A stretch of 64,000 nt of DNA, taken from IMG/VR virus record IMGVR_UViG_3300017917_002068, positions 64,004-128,003 of that record; one strand, given 5' to 3'. Below, in pieces: positions 56,212 to 64,000 of this stretch. The notes under the pieces are model-generated. The model was given only the letters and a program-made list of their open reading frames with translations, was not told the origin of the DNA and searched no databases. Numbering within the stretch: position 1 is the first letter of the stretch; the number at the start of each line of letters is the position of its first letter. This DNA is from a virus. Both the position numbers and the translations under genes were made by a program.

Positions 56212-58371
56212 TTAATTTAATGGTGTTCCAATTATTTCGGGAGGTGGTGCCACAGGTCTTACTGTTACTCCAGATCCATCTGCGTACTCAATATTTGCAA
56301 TATCTGCATTGTCAGCAGCACCTGCAGTATTAACAGCAGAAGTTTTAGTAGCGGCTGGCGGTTTAACATCTCTGTCGTAATCTTCAGGTTGGCCTGGTAG
56401 TCTAGCACAGGTCAAATTTTGTTTAAAAACTCCTCCAGATATATTGCTTTCTACTCTTAAAACTCTGTACAAACCACTAAAAATGCTTTCATATGTACTT
56501 CCTGGAAAATCATACATTTGAGTGTTTTCGTTAATATCTATAGGATTTCTAAAAGAAAAATATACGGCAATTTCTCTAGTATCGTAAGACATGCTACCGT
56601 CTTCGTTGATCATAGCATTTGGATATGCAGGAGGAGAAAAATAATTAGATATTCCGCTGTCGGCAAGATAATATGGATCCCCTAATATTTCTACTTCAAG
56701 TCTTAGTAAGTCAGTGTTTCCCGATTTAATCGCATTTTGCATATCTCTAGCAACAGCAGTAGCAACGCTAACAGCATCGACGCCACCTTGCCTGTCAGGA
56801 ACAATACTGCCATCATAGGCGATTCTTGGTTTGCCTGTGGCAGCAAATAACGCTCCCACGGCAGAAGTATCCGACGGAGCGATGTTTGTCTTAGGTTTTG
56901 CTTCCGGAGCATTTGCTCCTGTAGCAGGATCTGAATTTTTACTTTCTTCTATGAAACCCGGAGTAATAGCGGTATAAAAAGTAGTGTCAAATCTTAAATC
57001 AAATTTAGTTATATCTTTGTTTTCTCCAGAATAGATATAACTGTATTTTTTTACTATAGATTTTTTTAAGTTCTGATAACCGTAGCCTAAAGCAGCTGGG
57101 GTTTGAAATACACTGCTATGAAGAAGATAAGGTGAGATTTTAAACGCAATGATTTTCGCATAGTCGTTTCTAGCAACATCAAATTTTCCTAATGTGATTA
57201 TTGGCTCTACCCTAAACCATTCAAGGCTACCGTCATCTTTTTGTTTTACCGCATCTAACGCTTTTAGTGCAAATTGACTTGTGCCTATGACTGTATCGAT
57301 TATAGAAGTTAAGCTTTGACCTTGAGCAAACATCATTGATCTCGTAGCTGGATCGATAGTAACTTTGTCTCTATTAACTTTACCATTTTCAAAAACATCG
57401 CTGGCCCGAGAGAACGGATACACGCCTGGACTAGTAGGTGTAAAACCCATACTAGCCGAACCGATTATGTTGCTACCTCGATTAGTGTTAAACGCTCTGT
57501 TACCGTCTGCGTCAGGAAATAAAAATATATACTGATCTTTTTCGCCTATCTTTCCTGCCTGCTTTAATCTTGTTTGATGCTGATCAAGAGCCACTGCTAA
57601 AGAATTTGGTCCGTCTGCCAGTATTTCCTTGACTGTGGATCCCGAAATATTGACATCGGTTAATATTGTATTAACAATATTGCTAAATGCCTGATGCGGG
57701 AAAGGAATCGCCTTACACTGATAAGTGCTGCCTGCCTCTGTAACTTCAAACTTTATATTTTGAAATCTAATTACAAAATATCTTGGCAATCTATCTATTC
57801 TAGCAGGATGTAGATAGTTTTCAGCATCCCATCCGTTAAATTCTAATTTTAACAGGTACGGAGCCATGAGATAGTTTATGTAACCTGCGTTGATGGCTGC
57901 TGTCTGAAGAGATTTTAAGAAATTCCCCATGCTGTAAGGTTCGAAAATATCGAAACTGTAATTTACGGAATTTGTATTTCCGGTATCAGCAGTGGGAACT
58001 ATGATACTGCGCATCTTAAAGTTATCAACAAAATATTCCGGAGAGTTCAGCAACGGAAAACCGCCGTAATCTACATCATTATAGACTCCGCCTGCATCTA
58101 TAAGAGTGCGCTGATTTCCAAATCTTCCAGCAGAAGAAAAAACAACATTTGCTATGTTACCTTCATTAGACTTATTTCTATATGAGAGAGGATTTGATAG
58201 CTGTGTTGGGGTCAAAGCTGCCAGCGTCCATAGAGGCGTATATGAAGCATATTCATCTAAGGGATTAGGTTTTAGATTAGGAAACTCGAAACCCGAAGAA
58301 GGTCGATTGGCTCCGCTCGATGACGCTCCATTTGTAGTTCGTGTAGCTGTTCCGACACCGATATTAGACAT
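56212..58371 (-). CDS. Putative baseplate hub protein (gp27-like position)
   Basis: Lies between the gp53- and gp5-like genes; C-terminal EILGDP...SGLYRVLRVESNISGGVFKQNL typical of hub proteins. Confidence 0.6.
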   Translation of the reverse strand: MSNIGVGTATRTTNGASSSGANRPSSGFEFPNLKPNPLDEYASYTPLWTLAALTPTQLSNPLSYRNKSNEGNIANVVFSSAGRFGNQRTLIDAGGVYNDVDYGGFPLLNSPEYFVDNFKMRSIIVPTADTGNTNSVNYSFDIFEPYSMGNFLKSLQTAAINAGYINYLMAPYLLKLEFNGWDAENYLHPARIDRLPRYFVIRFQNIKFEVTEAGSTYQCKAIPFPHQAFSNIVNTILTDVNISGSTVKEILADGPNSLAVALDQHQTRLKQAGKIGEKDQYIFLFPDADGNRAFNTNRGSNIIGSASMGFTPTSPGVYPFSRASDVFENGKVNRDKVTIDPATRSMMFAQGQSLTSIIDTVIGTSQFALKALDAVKQKDDGSLEWFRVEPIITLGKFDVARNDYAKIIAFKISPYLLHSSVFQTPAALGYGYQNLKKSIVKKYSYIYSGENKDITKFDLRFDTTFYTAITPGFIEESKNSDPATGANAPEAKPKTNIAPSDTSAVGALFAATGKPRIAYDGSIVPDRQGGVDAVSVATAVARDMQNAIKSGNTDLLRLEVEILGDPYYLADSGISNYFSPPAYPNAMINEDGSMSYDTREIAVYFSFRNPIDINENTQMYDFPGSTYESIFSGLYRVLRVESNISGGVFKQNLTCARLPGQPEDYDRDVKPPAATKTSAVNTAGAADNADIANIEYADGSGVTVRPVAPPPEIIGTPLN

Positions 58372-58673
58372 TAGCCAATTCCTAAAAACTGTTCGAGATT
58401 TGATTTTTTTGGTAGGAATATTGCTACGCCGGGTTCAAAATCATAGATAGGGTCTTTGATCACGTTCATATTTCTTTTTGCAAAAACCCACCATAGTCTT
58501 GCGTCTTCATAGACGTCAAAGGCTAATAGATCAGGTCGATGTCTATACTGCACTTGAATAATATATCTAAAATCATCTGGATCAGCAGGAATCGGTCGCA
58601 TCTCCATCAATTCTAAATAAAGATTATTTTGTCTTGTATTAGCCCAGGGGCTCGATTTAGAATAAATTGCCAT
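58371..58673 (-). CDS. gp53: Baseplate wedge protein (gp53-like, LysM-type)
   Basis: RPDLLAFDVYEDARLWWVFAKRN...DPIYDFEPG. Confidence 0.8.
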   Translation of the reverse strand: MAIYSKSSPWANTRQNNLYLELMEMRPIPADPDDFRYIIQVQYRHRPDLLAFDVYEDARLWWVFAKRNMNVIKDPIYDFEPGVAIFLPKKSNLEQFLGIG

Positions 58674-59773
58674 TACATGTATCCTATTTCACTGCCTTTA
58701 GCAAAATTCTGAAGGCTGAAACTCTTTAATCTATCTCTTTGATATATTGGTGTAACTGTTACAGAGATAGTGCTTAGTGTTGGAACCCATTGTTGTTGTC
58801 CTAAAACTTGAGTAGCAATATAATTTACATCATCTTTTAATTCTATATTGTAGGATTTAATCACTACCGGAACACTGTTGAAAACATAAGAACCGTATCC
58901 GGATAATTTACATATAATAGGGGGGTTTCCTTGATAATCGCTGCTACCATAAAACATCTTGGTCGCAGTTCTTAAAAATTGATTGGCTGCAATCCAGTAT
59001 TTGGCTTCTTCTGGGGTTTGTACAGAAAATTCTCCAGATATATTAATATCATCAATCGAACTGTTTTTATAAGCCTGGAAAGGAAAATTATTATGTACTG
59101 TATCGACTTGTGTGTAATTAGCTTTATGTGTTATGCTGACACTAGGCACATAGGGCCATATTAATCCGTCTGTGACTTTTAATGGTGCAAATACTGGAGA
59201 GTTATCAAATATTTCCTGAGGGAATCTTAACCTAACCTTCCAGTCTCCGAACTGAGATGGTTCAACTGCTACAGAAGGAGCTTTATTTGTGGCTTCAGCT
59301 TTGGCAGGAATAGCAGAGGCTCTTTTTTGACTTAAAAGGTTTCCAACAGCGCCTGCGGCGGCACTAATATTTGTAAGTGCTGTTTGAAGTCCTGCTCCGA
59401 TATTTCTAGCGGCTCCGAACAAGGCTAATCCGGTAGCGATAGCACCTAGTGCTTTATCTATTCCAGAACTGCCTCCTCCGCCTCCGCCACCTCCGCTGGT
59501 TCTACCGCTACCTCCAGAACCGGTTGCGGCTGTCGAAGCCACAGTTGTAACTCCGGAATTAGCATTTGTATAAGTAATAGGCGCACCGTTAGCAGCATAA
59601 TTTAAATTTGACCCCGGCCCACCAGAATACTCAGCAATCGTTTGATTCAGTCTTCCTTGATCAACAGAACTATACACCGGATCTCCGCTGTTAGGATTAG
59701 CTTGTCCGATCGCATCTACGGTAGACCAAGTCGTACCTCTATATTGAAAATCTGGATTAGTCGGTAATGGCAT
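58673..59773 (-). CDS. Tail-tube initiator/baseplate protein (gp48/gp54-like)
   Basis: Tube-like C-domain (WPYVPS...INISGEF...PPIICKLSGYG...VPVVIKSY); Gly/Ala-rich N-terminal region. Confidence 0.6.
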   Translation of the reverse strand: MPLPTNPDFQYRGTTWSTVDAIGQANPNSGDPVYSSVDQGRLNQTIAEYSGGPGSNLNYAANGAPITYTNANSGVTTVASTAATGSGGSGRTSGGGGGGGGSSGIDKALGAIATGLALFGAARNIGAGLQTALTNISAAAGAVGNLLSQKRASAIPAKAEATNKAPSVAVEPSQFGDWKVRLRFPQEIFDNSPVFAPLKVTDGLIWPYVPSVSITHKANYTQVDTVHNNFPFQAYKNSSIDDINISGEFSVQTPEEAKYWIAANQFLRTATKMFYGSSDYQGNPPIICKLSGYGSYVFNSVPVVIKSYNIELKDDVNYIATQVLGQQQWVPTLSTISVTVTPIYQRDRLKSFSLQNFAKGSEIGYM

Positions 59774-59790
59774 TTTGGTGTCCTTTAGTC

Positions 59791-59797
59791 TATTTAT
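59791..59797 (-). promoter_or_regulatory. Putative late promoter ATAAATA heading the tail operon
   Basis: cgaATAAATAgactaaAGGAcaccaaaATG in the divergent intergenic region. Confidence 0.6.
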
Positions 59798-59843
59798 TCG
59801 ACAAAAAATGTGCTATTATATTATTAATTGAGGATAAAAATTA

Positions 59844-60716
59844 ATGAATTCAACAGTACAACCAAAAGTAAAATACCTAACAAACAAAGATCTACTAAGA
59901 GAAATACATCTAAGCAAGAATACATACTGCTCTTACACAAGTCCAGAATATGCAGATTATGATTTAATTTTACCTAATTTAAGTAAAATCAATGTAAGAA
60001 GTATTGCAGAAGCAAAAAGAAACCGGGCTGCTTCAATGAGCAAACAAGCACACATTACCGCTCAACTCACTGATAAAAAGGCATCTGCAAAAGATCATGA
60101 AATAGACTACAAAAAAATATCTAAGCAAGATGTGGTATTCCGTATCATGACTTTCGATCATATTCCCCTTGCTCCTGGGCGTAAAAAGACTCTAAAAAAT
60201 ACCGCTGACAGTCACGAAAAAATCAACTTTCCTCCATTCCAACATTGGAAGTTTGACGAAAATGATAATCTTATTTGTGTAGGTAAAAGTCACTGGCGGG
60301 GTGATTTACATACTGGAGAATTTAGCAAAGACCACGGACAAATGACAAATGATCTAGCACGTATGTTTATCAAGCTCTGTGAAAGATATGCTACTCGAGG
60401 TAATGTCCGAGGTTATACTTATAATGACGAGATGCGAGGGCAGGCTATTCTACAACTCACCCAAATAGGACTACAGTTTGATGAATCTAAATCCAATAAT
60501 CCTTTTGCTTATTATACCGCTGCTGTTACTAATTCATTCGTGCGAATCATCAATATCGAAAAACGAAATCAAAACATACGAGACGATATATTAGAAATGA
60601 ACGGCATGAATCCAAGTTGGACACGTCAAAACAGCGGAAGCGTATCATACCCTTCTACTGGTGTTGATTCGGGGTATGATGGAGGCGGTGGTGGTGGCGG
60701 AGGCGATTGGGATTGA
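59844..60716 (+). CDS. gp55: Late-transcription sigma factor (T4 gp55-like)
   Basis: YLTNKDLLREI and NVRGYTYNDEM...FDESKSNNPFAYYT...NSFVRIINIEK; lies upstream of gp47/gp46. Confidence 0.85.
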   Translation: MNSTVQPKVKYLTNKDLLREIHLSKNTYCSYTSPEYADYDLILPNLSKINVRSIAEAKRNRAASMSKQAHITAQLTDKKASAKDHEIDYKKISKQDVVFRIMTFDHIPLAPGRKKTLKNTADSHEKINFPPFQHWKFDENDNLICVGKSHWRGDLHTGEFSKDHGQMTNDLARMFIKLCERYATRGNVRGYTYNDEMRGQAILQLTQIGLQFDESKSNNPFAYYTAAVTNSFVRIINIEKRNQNIRDDILEMNGMNPSWTRQNSGSVSYPSTGVDSGYDGGGGGGGGDWD

Positions 60717-60741
60717 CCTTTTATTATCAAACCTTTATAAT
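60713..60741 (+). promoter_or_regulatory. Sigma70-type promoter TTGACC-17-TATAAT, 6 nt before the ATG at 60748
   Basis: TTGACC at 60713-60718, TATAAT at 60736-60741. Confidence 0.8.
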
Positions 60742-60747
60742 AAACCT

Positions 60748-61758
60748 ATGAATCTATTTAAAAAAGCTGCATGTTTTACCGACATACATTTTGGTTTAAA
60801 GTCTGGTAGTCGCACACATAATAACGATTGTGAAGAATTTGTCAAATGGTTTTGTGAAGAAGCTAAAAGAGCAGGCTGCGAAACTGCTATTTTTCTCGGA
60901 GACTGGCATCATAATCGTGCAACCACAGACGTTAGCACTATGAATTACACTCTTTCGAACTTAGAAAGACTCAGTGCTAATTTCGAAAAGGTATATTTTA
61001 TCCTAGGAAATCACGATTTATTTTATAAAGACAAACGTGAAATTAACTCTGTAGAGTTCATGCGTCTGTTTCCTAATGTAATACCGATCAAAGATCCCTT
61101 CACCGAAGGTGATGTTACTATTCTTCCGTGGCTAGTCGGAGACGAATGGCAAACTGTTTCGAAAATTAAAAGTCGATATATTTTCGGACATCTAGAACTG
61201 CCTAACTTTTTTATGAACGCCATGGTTCAGATGCCCGATCACGGACAATTACAAAGCACACATTTTGTTAATCAAGAATATGTGTTCAGCGGGCACTTCC
61301 ACAAAAGGCAAACGGGTCGAAACATTACCTATATTGGCAATGCTTTTCCTCATAACTATGCAGACGCCGGCGATGACGATCGCGGCATGATGATACTCGA
61401 GTGGGGTGGCAAGCCCGAATATCGTACATGGGATGAACAACCTACTTATAGGCTATTTAAATTAAGTCAAATTATAGACACACCGGAAAAATTATTGCGT
61501 GAAAAAATGCACTGTCGTGTTACTATCGATTTGCCTATTACTTTCGAAGAAGCTAACTTTATTAAAGAACAATTTATTCCTCAATATAATCTCAGAGAAT
61601 TGATGTTAATTCCAGAAAAGGTTGAAGTGGAATCTACTGCTGTTCCTATAGATATCAATTTTGAAAGTGTTGATACCATTGTCATGAATCAAATCAACGC
61701 TATTGATTCTGAAGCATATGACAAAAATCTTTTGTTGGAAATCTATAAAGATCTATGA
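60748..61758 (+). CDS. gp47: Recombination endonuclease subunit (gp47, Mre11/SbcD-like)
   Basis: Phosphoesterase motifs DIHFG, LGDWHH, GNHD, GHLE and SGHFH; likely start is the ATG at 60748. Confidence 0.92.
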   Translation: MNLFKKAACFTDIHFGLKSGSRTHNNDCEEFVKWFCEEAKRAGCETAIFLGDWHHNRATTDVSTMNYTLSNLERLSANFEKVYFILGNHDLFYKDKREINSVEFMRLFPNVIPIKDPFTEGDVTILPWLVGDEWQTVSKIKSRYIFGHLELPNFFMNAMVQMPDHGQLQSTHFVNQEYVFSGHFHKRQTGRNITYIGNAFPHNYADAGDDDRGMMILEWGGKPEYRTWDEQPTYRLFKLSQIIDTPEKLLREKMHCRVTIDLPITFEEANFIKEQFIPQYNLRELMLIPEKVEVESTAVPIDINFESVDTIVMNQINAIDSEAYDKNLLLEIYKDL

Positions 61759-63533
61759 TAAAAATTAAAAATCTCACAGTACGTAACTTCATGAGCGTGG
61801 GCAATCAAACCCAAGCTATAGATTTCGACAAAGGTCAGCTGACACTCGTGTTAGGGGAAAATCTAGATCTAGGTGGTGACGACAGCGGAGCACGTAACGG
61901 TACCGGCAAAACTACCATCATTAACGGTCTTAGCTATGCTATCTACGGCAATGCTTTAACTAATATTAAAAAAGACAACCTTGTTAATAAAATCAATAGC
62001 AAAGGTATGTTATGTACTGTCACTTTTGAAAAAGACGGTGTTGAATATCATATCGAGCGCGGACGAAAGCCGAACCTATTAAAGTTTAGTATCAACGGTC
62101 AAGAACAAGAATTGAGCGATCTAGATGAGAGCCAAGGAGATAGTCGAGAAACACAAAAAGCTATCGAAGAAGTCTTTGGTATGACTCACGAAATGTTCAA
62201 ACATCTTGTGGCTCTTAACACTTATACAGAGCCTTTTCTTTCAATGAAGGCTGCTGACCAAAGAAACATCATCGAGCAGTTGTTAGGAATTACGCTGCTG
62301 TCAGAAAAAGCAGAAGCACTAAAAGAAGAAACTAAAAAAATTAAAGATGCTATTGCTACAGAAAACACAAAAATTGAAACTATTAAAGCATCTAATGATC
62401 GTATCCAACAAAGTATTGAAGCCTTAGAAAGAAAAAAGAAATTATGGGAAGATAACAAATCAACTGCGATTTCTGATCTTAAAAAATCTATCGGACATTT
62501 AGAAAAAATTGATATATCTGCAGAGATTGCTGCACACAAATGTTGGGACGAGTACAATAAAAAGAAAGCTAAAAAAGAGGCTGCTGAAAAATGGATCGCT
62601 AACATCACTGCCGACAACCAGAAACAAGAAAAGCTAATTGAAAAACTAAAAAAAGAAATAGACAGTCTTAATGATCACAAGTGTTATGCGTGTGGCCAAG
62701 ATGTTCATGATTCCAAACAAGCAGAAATTCTTTCACAAAAAGAAGAAATGCTAAAAGAAGCAGCTCTTCAAATTCTTGCTAATCAAACACAAGAGGAAGA
62801 ACATCGCGCAACATTGTTAGAAATAGGTGAATTAGAAAAGTGTCCAGTGACTCAGTACGATACTATAGAAGAAGCGTACAATCATAGAAATACTGTAGAG
62901 GGATTACAGAAAGATCTTGTTACCAAAGAAGCAGAACAAAATCCCTATGATGATCAAATTGAAGAACTAAAAAATTCTGCTGTACAAGAAATTGACTGGA
63001 ATGCAATAAATGAACTTACAAAACTAAAAGATCATCAAGAATTTTTATATAAACTGCTGACCAGCAAAGATAGCTTTGTTCGCAAAAAAATTATTGATCA
63101 AAATCTAGCATTTCTAAATCAGCGACTGACCTATTATCTAGATAAAATCGGTCTTCCTCATACTGTAGAATTTCAAAATGATCTCAGCGTTATTATCACG
63201 CAACTAGGACAAGACCTAGACTTTGATAATTTAAGTCGCGGAGAACGAAATAGATTGATACTTTCGATGAGTTGGAGTTTCCGAGATGTATGGGAAAATC
63301 TGTATAGACCGATTAATCTTTTGTTTATCGACGAACTTGTTGATAGTGGCATGGATGCTAGTGGTGTAGAAAACTCTATTGCTGTGCTTAAAAAAATGAC
63401 TCGTGAGCGTGATAAGAATGTATTCTTAATTTCGCACAGAGATGATCTAACTAGCCGTGTAAATCATGTGTTAAAAGTCATTAAAGAGAATGGATTTACC
63501 AGCTACTCAAACGATGTAGAGATTGTAGAATAA
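61755..63533 (+). CDS. gp46: Recombination ATPase (gp46, Rad50/SbcC-like)
   Basis: Walker A RNGTGKTT, coiled coils with a CYAC zinc hook, LSRGE signature, LLFIDE and ISH. Confidence 0.93.
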   Translation: MIKIKNLTVRNFMSVGNQTQAIDFDKGQLTLVLGENLDLGGDDSGARNGTGKTTIINGLSYAIYGNALTNIKKDNLVNKINSKGMLCTVTFEKDGVEYHIERGRKPNLLKFSINGQEQELSDLDESQGDSRETQKAIEEVFGMTHEMFKHLVALNTYTEPFLSMKAADQRNIIEQLLGITLLSEKAEALKEETKKIKDAIATENTKIETIKASNDRIQQSIEALERKKKLWEDNKSTAISDLKKSIGHLEKIDISAEIAAHKCWDEYNKKKAKKEAAEKWIANITADNQKQEKLIEKLKKEIDSLNDHKCYACGQDVHDSKQAEILSQKEEMLKEAALQILANQTQEEEHRATLLEIGELEKCPVTQYDTIEEAYNHRNTVEGLQKDLVTKEAEQNPYDDQIEELKNSAVQEIDWNAINELTKLKDHQEFLYKLLTSKDSFVRKKIIDQNLAFLNQRLTYYLDKIGLPHTVEFQNDLSVIITQLGQDLDFDNLSRGERNRLILSMSWSFRDVWENLYRPINLLFIDELVDSGMDASGVENSIAVLKKMTRERDKNVFLISHRDDLTSRVNHVLKVIKENGFTSYSNDVEIVE

Positions 63534-63763
63534 TGGCAACAGATGCTCACGATCGAATGATCAAAGCATTCCAAGAATATTTCAAGTGGCAAGAGCGATT
63601 TGAATACAAAGGCTCAGATGAAGCAGGCATTAAGGCACGATATTGGCTATCTGAAATACGCAACGAAGCATCAATTAGGCGAGTAGAAATTCAAGAAAAA
63701 AGAGAAAAACGCAAGGAATCCAGAAAAGGCATGGTAGGCAGACCCCCCAAGGTAACTAAGTGA
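63533..63763 (+). CDS. Small basic hypothetical protein
   Basis: TAATG coupling; ends GRPPK (AT-hook-like). Confidence 0.7.
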   Translation: MATDAHDRMIKAFQEYFKWQERFEYKGSDEAGIKARYWLSEIRNEASIRRVEIQEKREKRKESRKGMVGRPPKVTK

Positions 63764-64000
63764 GTGCAATGGACATATCAAAATCAACTTGTAGAAGAAA
63801 TACCAGAAGGCTACATTGGCTTTGTTTATCTCATCACGAATCTTAAATCCGGACAGAAATACATAGGCAAGAAACTAGCACAATTCAAACGTACTAAACC
63901 ACCACTCAAAGGCAAAAAACTTAAAAGAAGATCCGTAGTTGAAAGCGATTGGCGCGATTACTGGGGTTCTTCCGATAGGCTCAACGCAGATGTCCAAGCA
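63764..64000 (+). CDS. GIY-YIG-like nuclease, 5' part (runs off the window)
   Basis: GTG at 63764 opens MQWTYQNQLVEEIPEGYIGFVYLITNLKSGQKYIGKK...ESDWRDYWGSS. Confidence 0.75.
   Translation, partial: MQWTYQNQLVEEIPEGYIGFVYLITNLKSGQKYIGKKLAQFKRTKPPLKGKKLKRRSVVESDWRDYWGSSDRLNADVQA

Noticed and set aside
59460-60710. GC-rich GGC/GGT runs at about 59470-59520 and 60680-60705
   Set aside because: Explained as poly-Gly linkers within coding sequence, not regulatory repeats.
1612-62617. Many short alternative-frame and antisense ORFs in the track (for example 1934-2236, 6381-6725, 16608-17084, 33694-34308, 38480-38821, 62222-62617)
   Set aside because: They lie within well-supported genes and have no RBS or recognisable motifs; they look like shadow ORFs.
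1-64000. Stop-codon recoding, tRNA genes, CRISPR arrays, introns or inteins
   Set aside because: Long genes are intact under the standard code and TAA, TGA and TAG all end genes. Intergenic gaps are too short for tRNAs or arrays. Core enzymes show no intein-sized insertions.
1-64000. Apparent abundance of GATC/TCGA and other palindromic restriction sites as support for protective DNA modification
   Set aside because: This is an impression only and needs observed-versus-expected k-mer counts, which I cannot compute here.

Overview
This is a gene-dense, AT-rich segment of a large T4-like (myovirus-type) bacteriophage genome read with the standard genetic code. I saw no rRNA, tRNA, CRISPR array or transposase. 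(1) 1-17287, + strand, early/middle genes: the end of a sliding clamp, then a 7-deazaguanine DNA-modification set. That set has a TGT-fold DpdA-like transglycosylase, a QueD paralogue with the LxxxHRHxF (DpdL-type) motif, FolE and QueE, no QueC in the window, and a GT-B glycosyltransferase wedged between the dpdL-like gene and folE. The same block holds an MBD4-like DNA glycosylase, a cupin, a purine phosphoribosyltransferase, a HIT hydrolase, a CDGSH-like protein, dCMP deaminase, RNase H and ThyX. (2) 17284-59773, - strand, late genes: tail-tube/baseplate genes (gp48/54-, gp53-, hub-, gp5-, gp25-, gp6-like), a 5019-aa modular virion protein, five paralogous tail-fibre genes with an interleaved 2OG-Fe(II) oxygenase, and an island of four glycosyltransferases plus a radical SAM enzyme. 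(3) 59844-64000, + strand: gp55-like late sigma factor, gp47/gp46 (Mre11/Rad50) and a truncated GIY-YIG protein. The best candidate for an undescribed system is a deazaguanine DNA modification with a glycosylation step. Other leads are a possible virion glycosylation module, leaderless sigma70 transcripts and a tiny structured leader before folE. All family calls come from motifs read by eye; no database search was run.
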